DNA from: Candidatus Micrarchaeia archaeon
GTDB taxonomy: Archaea > Micrarchaeota > Micrarchaeia > Micrarchaeales > CABMGC01
Direction: 5' to 3'
Assembly (NCBI GenBank): GCA_049976305.1
Contig: JBMFIM010000009.1
Coordinates: 1-34,434, forward strand
DNA: 34,434 bases
Of this stretch, positions 25,723 to 33,230 are shown in pieces (the stretch's first letter is position 1; each line of letters starts with the position of its first letter). Made by a program: the position numbers and the translations under genes. Under the pieces are notes generated by a model, which had not been told where the DNA came from, ran no database searches, and saw only the letters and a program-made list of their open reading frames with translations.

Positions 25723-25765
25723 TGCTTCGCCAAGCAGCGGGGAATATGCGAGATGGGACAAAAGC

Positions 25766-26436
25766 ATGCAGATCCTGCTCTCAAAGTATGGCGTAACCTG
25801 GCGTTCTTCGTGGGTTGTCCACAGGCAGCTCGGCTTCTTTCCTTTGCGGAACGAGCTCCTCGAAAGGTTGCAAATAAACCATAAGTACAAACCTCTGCTC
25901 GAGCTGCTTAATTCCAATGCAAGGCTCTCATTCAGCGAGATTTCAAGAAGGCTTGGCATGCATTTCAACACTGTCGCATACAATTTCAGGAAGCTTATGC
26001 TCAGTGGCTATGTTGTCAGGCCGACTATAGTGATGCAGCCTAGACCAGAGCTCACCTTTATGTCTTTCTTCACCAAGTACAGCCCTTCAGAAGGCTATGA
26101 AGAAAGCTCTGCACAGGCTAGAAAGGCCTTCATGAGCGACGACCCATATTCGCTGATTAGCAGGTATCTTGTCTGCGCGCCACTTATTGGCAGCTATGAT
26201 TTCTTTACCCTTGGGGTGTTTGACAATTTCAAGACAGCGCTGAGGCAGGATGTGCAATACCACAAGAGCTGTTTGTGAAGCACAAGATAAGGATGGAATA
26301 TGCGGTGGTTGATAAGGTGCTCCTTGGCTACTTGCCAATACGCAGCATTGATACTGCAAAAGAATACAAGCTAATAAAGTGGAGCGTAGAGCCCAATGCC
26401 GAGCCTCTATCTGCAAGCCAGCCTGTTAGAAAGTAA
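25766..26436 (+). pseudogene. Lrp/AsnC-type HTH regulator, frameshifted near 26266 and probably 5' truncated
   Basis: LLELLNSNARLSFSEISRRLGMHFNTVAYNFRKL HTH. After HK the -1 frame continues ELFVKHKIRMEYAVVDKVLLGYLPIRSID... to TAA 26434-26436. Confidence 0.65.
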
Positions 26437-26482
26437 TTAGGTTTTTATTTTTTGCGTTTGAATAATGAAAGGTGGAATAGAC

Positions 26483-26887
26483 ATGAAAACAAAATATTAT
26501 TTACCACTGCTCGCGTCTCTGGCGCTTTTACTGCCTTCCCTGATTTCTGCTGCAAATCTAGTTTCTTGTGTAAGTTGCAGCAACGTCACATGCCCTGCTG
26601 GCACTGTCTGTGGCAATATAGGTACATGCCCTAACGGCTTTATAAAATGGGGTTGCAAATACCCTAACAACGGCATGCCAGTAGCTACAAGCCTAAACGC
26701 CACACTCCAGGTCAATACTACTACCATCGCCACAACAGTACCTGCTCCTGCAACAACCCCCTCACCAGCACCTTCAGCGCCTGTTTCCCCATTTGGCCTT
26801 GAGTGGCTGGCAGCTTTGGTAGTGATACTCATAATCGTTATTCTTGTTTACTACTTTGTGGTTGCAAAGCGCATTTCAAAGCAGTAG
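26483..26887 (+). CDS. Small surface protein: signal peptide, 6-Cys module, P/T/S/A stalk, C-terminal TM anchor
   Basis: MKTKYYLPLL...; CVSCSNVTCPAGTVC.....C........C; TTVPAPATTPSPAPSAP; WLAALVVILIIVILVYYFVVAKR. Alternative start at 26465. Confidence 0.8.
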   Translation: MKTKYYLPLLASLALLLPSLISAANLVSCVSCSNVTCPAGTVCGNIGTCPNGFIKWGCKYPNNGMPVATSLNATLQVNTTTIATTVPAPATTPSPAPSAPVSPFGLEWLAALVVILIIVILVYYFVVAKRISKQ

Positions 26888-26936
26888 CCACCCTGCAAGC
26901 TAAGCTCCTTTTCTTTTGGTTAAGAAGTGCCTTGTA

Positions 26937-26950
26937 GAAAAGTATATAAG
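26937..26950 (+). promoter_or_regulatory. BRE-TATA promoter for rpo4
   Basis: GAAAAGTATATAAG about 30 nt upstream of ATG 26981. Confidence 0.55.
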
Positions 26951-26980
26951 GTTGATTTGGAAAATACAATCGTGCTTTGA

Positions 26981-27313
26981 ATGTTAAACCCAATAGACAA
27001 GAAGCCCGTCACGCTGGCAGAGGCTTACGAGATACTGGCAAAGAGGCAAAAAGATGGCGAGCTTGGCTACGAGCAAAAGCTTGCTTTCGAGCATGCTAGC
27101 AAGTTCAAGAAGCTCAGCGCTGAGAAAGCAAAAGCAATGCTGCAAGAGCTTGAAGGCATGGGCTTGTCCAAGCCTACTGCAGTGAAGGTAGTGGATATCT
27201 TGCCGATAAGCAAAGACCAGCTAAAGCAGGTGCTGATAATAGAGAAAAGGCCTATTGAAGAAAGCCAAGTGGAGGAAATAATGAAGATAGTAGAGAAGTA
27301 CAGGGGCAAATAG
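26981..27313 (+). CDS. rpoF: RNA polymerase subunit Rpo4 (F)
   Basis: VTLAEA..IL, LGYEQ..A.EH..KF, AVKVVDILP; adjacent to DUF655. Confidence 0.92.
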   Translation: MLNPIDKKPVTLAEAYEILAKRQKDGELGYEQKLAFEHASKFKKLSAEKAKAMLQELEGMGLSKPTAVKVVDILPISKDQLKQVLIIEKRPIEESQVEEIMKIVEKYRGK

Positions 27314-27331
27314 CATGAATGGTGCTTGCGC

Positions 27332-27889
27332 ATGGAAGAGAACGAAGAACTTGAGGAGTATGCGTATGTGCTTGACTTTTTGCCTACTGGCAAGTCTTCT
27401 TCCTTGCGCTCGGAGCCTATAGTCCAGCTTGTTGGCGAAAGCAAATTTACGCTTCTCGAAGCGGTCACCAAGACCAAGGAAATTAGAATAGGCGAGAGGG
27501 TATACATCGGCAGGGGCGAGCGGGACAAGATCCAGCAGATAAAGGGCAGGATAACCTACGAGGAATTGACAGAAACTGCAAAGGGCGAGCTGCCTGTGCA
27601 AGTTGCAAACATAATAAAGCAGAATGAGGCCAAGTTTGTGAAGTTGTTCAACACAGCAGGCCCTCTAAACATGAGGCTTCATTCCTTAGAGCTTCTGCCA
27701 GGTATAGGCAAGAAGCACCTTGAAGCCATTTTGCAGGCAAGGGAAGAAAAGCCTTTCGAGAGCTTTCAAGACCTTGCCTCAAGGGTGCCGCTGCTTCAGG
27801 ACCCAGTGAAGCTGTTGACAGAGCGCGTGATAGAAGAGCTCAAAGGAGGAAGCAGGTTCTATATACTGACTAGGCCATATAGAACCTGA
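27332..27889 (+). CDS. DUF655 family putative RNA-binding protein
   Basis: EEYAYVLDFLP.G, FTLLE, RVYIG.G.RDKI, RLHSLELLPGIGKK, PFESF.D. Alternative TTG start at 27326. Confidence 0.9.
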   Translation: MEENEELEEYAYVLDFLPTGKSSSLRSEPIVQLVGESKFTLLEAVTKTKEIRIGERVYIGRGERDKIQQIKGRITYEELTETAKGELPVQVANIIKQNEAKFVKLFNTAGPLNMRLHSLELLPGIGKKHLEAILQAREEKPFESFQDLASRVPLLQDPVKLLTERVIEELKGGSRFYILTRPYRT

Positions 27890-27901
27890 GCCTGCCGCTA
27901 T

Positions 27902-28601
27902 TCATTGCTGCTTCTTTGGCGGGTTCAGAGCAAGGCCTTCCTGGTATATTTCATTCGAAAGCTTGTATCTCGACACAGTATGGGTAAGCACCCTGCCTTT
28001 TCCTTCGAACTTTGCAAGGAACAAGCCTACCCGGCAAACATGGCGCTTTTTATGTTGTCAACGAAGGTTATTTTGTATGCCAGCCCAGCATCAAACCCTG
28101 CAATATGCCTAGGGTCTACTTCAAGCTGAGTTGTGCCGTCTAGCGTGTGCACTACAACGCTGCCTGTCACATGCAAAAACACAGTGCCGGGGCCCTTGAA
28201 CCTTTGCAAAATAAAGCCTGCCCCGCCAAACAACGCTGCGCCGATATTTACGGGCTCTATGCTAAACGCAACAGAGTCCGTTGCTGCAAGGAAAGACTTG
28301 TCCTCTGCGATGAACTCTTCGCCTTCTTTAAGCTCTATCGGAAACACCTTGCCAGGCATTATGCCGGCAAGCGTCACCACCCCTGCCCACTTCCAGGCTC
28401 TATGCTGAAATCGGTCACGAAAGCAGACACGCTGACCATTTTCCTCTCTATTGCTCCGAGAAGGTCGCCCTTCATTCTTGGCACCATTTTGACGTTTGCA
28501 TGCTTGCTTACAAGCTTGCCTGCGTCTGCGTAGACAACGTCGCCTTCGCTTAGCGTCAGCTTCAGAGCCTGCATGTTCTCTCCAAGAATTTCATACTGCA
28601 T
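27902..28601 (-). pseudogene. AIM24/TIGR00266 family protein split by two -1 frameshifts (near 28381 and 28030)
   Basis: MQYEILGENMQ...GSGQG / VVTLAGIMPGK...GGAGFILQRFKGPG...MFAG / VGLFLAKFEGKGRVLTHTVSR...KKQQ stop 27902-27904. Confidence 0.85.
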
Positions 28602-28647
28602 GCTATCAATCATTTATTGCCTTCGCAAAATCTAAGTTTCTTTGCTT

Positions 28648-29616
28648 TCAAGACGTTCCGTAAATGGTGCCTATCTTCGTGGCTTCAGGGGTTCCGTTGC
28701 TGGTATAGAGGGCCCACACATAAGCAGTGAACTGCTTACCTTTTGAATACGGGATTATCTTGCCTGTTGAGTCGGTAAATGCCACATTTACCACCTGGCC
28801 AAGTTGCAGTGTCGAAATTTTTGCACTTTCTATTCCTGGGCAGCTTTGTGGTGTTAGCGTGACATTGCTGTTTACCAAGCAGAAAGTGACATTGGACCAC
28901 TGGCCTGCGGCCTGGCCAAGGCTAATTGTTAATTTGCTAGGAGCAACTGTCAGGTTTGAACACAAAAAGCCTGCCTGAGGAATGCACAGATTGCTTACTA
29001 AGCTGCTAGAGTTGTATACTCCTAACCAGAAAGGAAGCGCAACCACCAAACCAACTATAATGCCTACCACTATGGAAGGTACAAGCCAACCTACAAAAGC
29101 CATTTTGATACTTATCTGGTGCTGCTTTGCCAAGGTAATTATCATCACTACCGCAACCCATATGGCGATTACGAATTCTACATATGGCAATTGGGTAAGC
29201 CAAAGAAAGAATATACTTGGAAAAATAGAGAATACGCTTGCGGTGAGAGTCCTGTTGTAGCCTCCTTGCCAGAACTTGAAAAGGTTTTTGGAGAAGAACT
29301 GCAATATTGCGGAGAAAACGACTATTCCTATTGGTATAAATATAAATACATCAACAAGATACCCAACCACAACCAGCGCCAGAAGTGACGATTGTATAGT
29401 AGCCTTGCCCATTGTAGTCAAGCTGGAGCTGGAGCTTGTAGCAATGCTGAGTAGAATGTACGAAACAATAACGCCTAATATTGCAGAGATAACAAAAGGA
29501 ATTACAGCAGCCCTATAGTAGAATTTCAATGCGGCGCCTGTACTCATTTCCTCGGTGTTTAAGCTCGGATGCAGCATTCCTCTAAAAGCTCTTTTCGTGT
29601 CGTTCCATAGTGACAT
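28648..29616 (-). CDS. Yip1-like membrane domain fused to a C-terminal extracellular Cys-containing domain
   Basis: MLHP start, about 5 TM helices, G.YNRTL, LAKQHQISI..A, then CIPQAGFLC...FC...SC beta-rich tail. Confidence 0.7.
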   Translation of the reverse strand: MSLWNDTKRAFRGMLHPSLNTEEMSTGAALKFYYRAAVIPFVISAILGVIVSYILLSIATSSSSSLTTMGKATIQSSLLALVVVGYLVDVFIFIPIGIVVFSAILQFFSKNLFKFWQGGYNRTLTASVFSIFPSIFFLWLTQLPYVEFVIAIWVAVVMIITLAKQHQISIKMAFVGWLVPSIVVGIIVGLVVALPFWLGVYNSSSLVSNLCIPQAGFLCSNLTVAPSKLTISLGQAAGQWSNVTFCLVNSNVTLTPQSCPGIESAKISTLQLGQVVNVAFTDSTGKIIPYSKGKQFTAYVWALYTSNGTPEATKIGTIYGTS

Positions 29617-29712
29617 AGGCTCACGCTACCCTATCTCTGCTAACTTTTAAAAATTAATCATTTTCCGCTCCAAGCAACGGTCAGGAGAGTGCCTTATCTT
29701 GCTAGCAAAATC

Positions 29713-29720
29713 TATTTATA
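29713..29720 (+). promoter_or_regulatory. TATA box for the C/D sRNA
   Basis: TATTTATA preceded by GCAAAA, about 23 nt upstream of box C. Confidence 0.6.
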
Positions 29721-29742
29721 GTTCGGCTGCGAAACACCAATG

Positions 29743-29791
29743 TTGATGAAACGAGGTATTTCTGACCTGTGATGAGAAGAAGGTTAGCTGA
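29743..29791 (+). ncRNA. Box C/D methylation-guide sRNA
   Basis: C TTGATGA 29743-29749; guide AACGAGGTATTT; D' CTGA 29762-29765; C' GTGATGA 29769-29775; guide GAAGAAGGTTAG; D CTGA 29788-29791. Both guides are 12 nt. Confidence 0.92.
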
Positions 29792-29794
29792 AAG

Positions 29795-31234
29795 CTAATA
29801 GGACCTCGCAAAATTAGCCATGTACTTTGCCTTTTTGCCGCAGTATATGCATACAGCATCTTCTTTTAGTGCGCTTTGGTCGAAAGGAATGTTTGTTATC
29901 TTTGCACCTGTCTCCTCCTTTATCTTTGCTTCGCATTCGGCGCCGCCGCACCATGGTGCATGCACTATGCCCTTCTTTTCTTTTAGCGTCTTCTTCAGGG
30001 ATTCATAGTCATACGCTATGTGCACGCTTTTCCTAAGCATTTCTTCAGACTTCTCGTAGAGCCTTTTCTGCATTTCGTCCAGCATTTCTTTGACTCTCTG
30101 CCCAATATTTTCCTTGCTTATCTTTTCCTTCTTTCCTGTGTCTCGCATTACGCAGGTTGCGCTAGAGTTCTTCAATTCCTCGGCACCGATCTCTATCCTT
30201 ATGGGTACGCCTTCAAGCTCGTACTTGTTGAATTTGTAGCCAGGAGAGTATTCTTCGCTGGCATCTATCTTCACCCTTAGATCTTTCAGCATTGATTTTA
30301 TTTCGTTGGCATAAGCTACAAGCTTCTCCTCCATTCCTTTCTTTGGTATGGGCACTATTACTACTTGTACATACGCGAGCTTTGGAGGAAGCACAAGCCC
30401 TTTATTGTCTCCATGCGTAGCTATCATTACCCCAAGCTCCCTGGTGGTTATCGCATATGTGTTCTGCCAAGCGTATTCATACTTGCCTTCTTTGTTCAGG
30501 AACCTTATTCCAAAGGCCTTTGCAAAATTCTGGCCGTCGAAATGGAAATCAGGCCCTTGTATAGCAAAGCCGTCAGGAAGAACGTGCTCAATGCTGTAGC
30601 TATTCACTGCGCCGGCGAACTTCTCGCTTTCGCTCTTCACTCCAACAATGCCTGCCAATGCAAAGTACTCCCTGAGAATTTTTGTGTAAATTCCCAGGAT
30701 GACGTCTCTCTCAGCCTCAGCCTCCTCTCTGCTTGCAAATACGCTATGGCCCTCATTCCACAGGAATTCTCTTGTGCGTATGAAAGGAGTAGGGTGCTTG
30801 AACTCCCACCTCACTACGTTGTTCCATTGGTTGTAGCGCAGCGGCAGATCGCGCCACGACCTTATCCACTTTGCATAGCTTGCATACATTATGGTTTCAG
30901 AAGTAGGCCTTACTGCAAGCCTCTCATCAAGCTTTGAGTTGCCTGCTTCGGTAACCCAAGCGACCTCTGGGGTGAAGCCCTTGAAATGCTCTGCCTCTTT
31001 CTTGAGGAGCCTTTCAGGAATGAACAGAGGGAAGTAAACATCCTCTACGCCCACTGCTCTTAGCTCCTTGTCTACAGCGTTCGCTACTGTCTGCCAAGCA
31101 AAGTAAGCAGCTGGCCTGAAAACAAGCGTACCAGAAACCTCGCTGTAGTCTACGAATCTTGACTTTATCAATACCTCTGTGTACCATTCAGAGAAGTTTT
31201 CCTCCTTTTTAGCCTTTATGCCTTCTTCGTTCAT
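29795..31234 (-). CDS. proS: Prolyl-tRNA synthetase (archaeal/eukaryotic type)
   Basis: FSEWY, RPTSET, QWNNVVRWE, RTREFLW.EGH, HGDNKGL.LPP, C-terminal zinc Cys residues and ARSY. Confidence 0.97.
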   Translation of the reverse strand: MNEEGIKAKKEENFSEWYTEVLIKSRFVDYSEVSGTLVFRPAAYFAWQTVANAVDKELRAVGVEDVYFPLFIPERLLKKEAEHFKGFTPEVAWVTEAGNSKLDERLAVRPTSETIMYASYAKWIRSWRDLPLRYNQWNNVVRWEFKHPTPFIRTREFLWNEGHSVFASREEAEAERDVILGIYTKILREYFALAGIVGVKSESEKFAGAVNSYSIEHVLPDGFAIQGPDFHFDGQNFAKAFGIRFLNKEGKYEYAWQNTYAITTRELGVMIATHGDNKGLVLPPKLAYVQVVIVPIPKKGMEEKLVAYANEIKSMLKDLRVKIDASEEYSPGYKFNKYELEGVPIRIEIGAEELKNSSATCVMRDTGKKEKISKENIGQRVKEMLDEMQKRLYEKSEEMLRKSVHIAYDYESLKKTLKEKKGIVHAPWCGGAECEAKIKEETGAKITNIPFDQSALKEDAVCIYCGKKAKYMANFARSY

Positions 31235-31839
31235 AGCAATCCCAGCCTGCGAAGATCCTTGTCTAGCTGCATATTGTTTTTAAACAGGATAGCTTTTATA
31301 CCAATCTCCCTAGCCCCCTTGATATTGTTTTTGTCATTGTCTATAAAAACAGCCTCTTTAGGCTTGACATCCATTTTGCTGAGCACAAGCCTAAAAGCGG
31401 CATGCTTAGGCTTTGCAATTCCAAGCTTGCACGAAGCAAAGTGGTAGTCAAATAGGTGCATGTAGGGTGCCATAAGCTTCAGCATCTTCACATATACGGC
31501 ATTATCGACATTAGAGAAGAAGGCAGTTGTATATTTTGGCTTTAGCCTTTTTATTGTGTTTATGGTTTTTGCATTCACTTTTGCCCTCTCCACAAAGTTT
31601 TCCACCCATTTGACCTCTTTTTTCCTTATTCCGAGCCTTTCCGCCATCTCATCGTAGAATTTCCTTGCCGGAATTTTGGCTTCGTAGAACTTCGGGAGAA
31701 GCTCTCCCTCAACTATCTTCCGCGCCAGCTCCGCGTCTACGCCAAGCTCCTTTTGAAGGTATCCGGCATAGTAGTCTCTGTAGTTGCTATAGTCCACTAC
31801 CACGCCTCCCATGTCAAAGATTGCCGCTTTTACGTTCAT
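31231..31839 (-). CDS. HAD family phosphatase
   Basis: IFDMGGV, FSN, GIAKP, VFIDN...NI.GA...G. Confidence 0.9.
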   Translation of the reverse strand: MNVKAAIFDMGGVVVDYSNYRDYYAGYLQKELGVDAELARKIVEGELLPKFYEAKIPARKFYDEMAERLGIRKKEVKWVENFVERAKVNAKTINTIKRLKPKYTTAFFSNVDNAVYVKMLKLMAPYMHLFDYHFASCKLGIAKPKHAAFRLVLSKMDVKPKEAVFIDNDKNNIKGAREIGIKAILFKNNMQLDKDLRRLGLL

Positions 31840-32222
31840 AGTTCTTGATCCTTTCTTTTCAAAAACATAATAAGCTCTTCAGGCCGCTCAATGTTCTCCT
31901 TGTTTTTCACAGCAGCATTCATTCTCGCAATTACTTCCTCATCTTTAAAATGCTTGGAAAGCAGCTCTGCGGCGTCTGAGATTATCCCCAAAGCGATTCT
32001 AGGGTTTCTCTCATAGGCCAAGATAACGCCCATTGCGCTGTTGAGCACAGGATAAGGATCTTTTGCACATTCGCAAAGGCTTTCAAGCTCATATGCAATT
32101 GCTGTCTTTGAGTCTTTGTCGTCTTCCGGCAAAAGGCTGAGAAAAGACCTTATCTTCTCCTCGAATTTGGCCGAAGTTTTCTCTGCAACCCTGGCCAATG
32201 CGCGGTCCAGTTCATAAGGCAT
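31836..32222 (-). CDS. Hypothetical helical protein
   Basis: GGTGA SD upstream and a 4-nt overlap with the HAD gene. Confidence 0.75.
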   Translation of the reverse strand: MPYELDRALARVAEKTSAKFEEKIRSFLSLLPEDDKDSKTAIAYELESLCECAKDPYPVLNSAMGVILAYERNPRIALGIISDAAELLSKHFKDEEVIARMNAAVKNKENIERPEELIMFLKRKDQEL

Positions 32223-32226
32223 TTTG

Positions 32227-33069
32227 TCACCTTTCTATCGCAAACCCGCCTGCGGGCAGGTGCTGCATTATGTAGTCAAGGTCGTCAAATCCAAGCTTCT
32301 TTGCAAGCTCCTTTGCTATCTCAGACTTCTTAATTGGCCCAGGCTTCAATGCAATTGCGTTCATCAGCCTTTTCTTCTCGCAGGCCTTTTTCGGTATTAC
32401 GTTAAGCACAGCTGTGCTTGAAACCAAAAGGCTTGTGGGCACAAGGTTTGTAACAGCGTTGGCCTCTGGATTGCTCAGCTCTATCTTTACCTGGCCAACG
32501 AAGGCGCAGAGCTCCAGTGGCATGTTCTTGAACCACTCTCGCTCGCCGCTTATAAGGAAGCTGCCTGTCGCGAGGTAGCCTTTCTGAGAAGACTTGCTTA
32601 CCTGCTCTTTCTTTGCGGCGAATACGTCTATGCTGCTGAGGCCGTTTTCCCAGGCTTTGGAAAAGCAAGCAGCAAATTGTGCCGCCTCTTCCTTGTCCTC
32701 CTTCTTCGCGTTTGCCCCATTTTTCAGCAATGTCACAGAAGCCCCGAATATGTTTGCATGAAAGAATAGGTCGTTTTGAGAGAAATATTTGGCATACAGC
32801 TCCTCGTTCTGCTGCGCGCTTCTTCCGCTTATTACCAGCATGCCGTTTGTGGTGAAGAACCAATTGAACTTTTCATACCATTCTTTTTTCCTCATAAGCT
32901 TTAGCTTTCTTTTCTCGGCAGGCTCGCTTTCTAGCTTCGCCTTAGCCTCTTCTAGCTTTTCTATGGCCTCCTCAGCGCCCCGAGCCTTTTTCTCAAGCTC
33001 TTTGGCCTTTTTGAAATATTCTTCGGCGTTTTCCTGTGCCGTTTTCGTGTAATCAAGCTCTATCTGCAT
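32227..33069 (-). CDS. NFACT RNA-binding domain protein (C-terminal half of Rqc2/NEMF)
   Basis: IELDY.KTAQENA..YF.KAK coiled coil, WYEKFNWF, GRSAQQNE, FFHA...GAS, FS.AW, QVSK...GYL..GSF.I.GERE; ATG 33069. Confidence 0.88.
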   Translation of the reverse strand: MQIELDYTKTAQENAEEYFKKAKELEKKARGAEEAIEKLEEAKAKLESEPAEKRKLKLMRKKEWYEKFNWFFTTNGMLVISGRSAQQNEELYAKYFSQNDLFFHANIFGASVTLLKNGANAKKEDKEEAAQFAACFSKAWENGLSSIDVFAAKKEQVSKSSQKGYLATGSFLISGEREWFKNMPLELCAFVGQVKIELSNPEANAVTNLVPTSLLVSSTAVLNVIPKKACEKKRLMNAIALKPGPIKKSEIAKELAKKLGFDDLDYIMQHLPAGGFAIER

Positions 33070-33230
33070 AATTGTATTATTTGCAAACAAAATAAAAGAT
33101 TGATGCAAGCAATAAAGCCACGCGTCACTATTCTCGGGCAAGGCAGAAGCCAAATGGCCTTTTTATTTTTACACTTTGGGCTTCTTAGCAAATTGTTATT
33201 ATTTGTTTCTTTTTCATATATACTGATATT

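Noticed and set aside
25768..25983. N-terminal extension of the 243-aa minus-strand ORF
   Set aside because: It is the antisense of the Lrp HTH coding region; only the part below about 25767 looks like a real protein.
30365..30937. 190-aa + strand ORF, and similar antisense ORFs over metG, moxR and the CBS gene
   Set aside because: Shadows of well-supported genes on the opposite strand.
33070..33153. N-terminal extension of the NFACT ORF (likewise tatD 21650-21715 and DHFR-like 16994-17035)
   Set aside because: The extensions overlap neighbouring genes or promoter DNA; downstream starts fit family N-termini and, for tatD and the DHFR-like gene, SD spacing.
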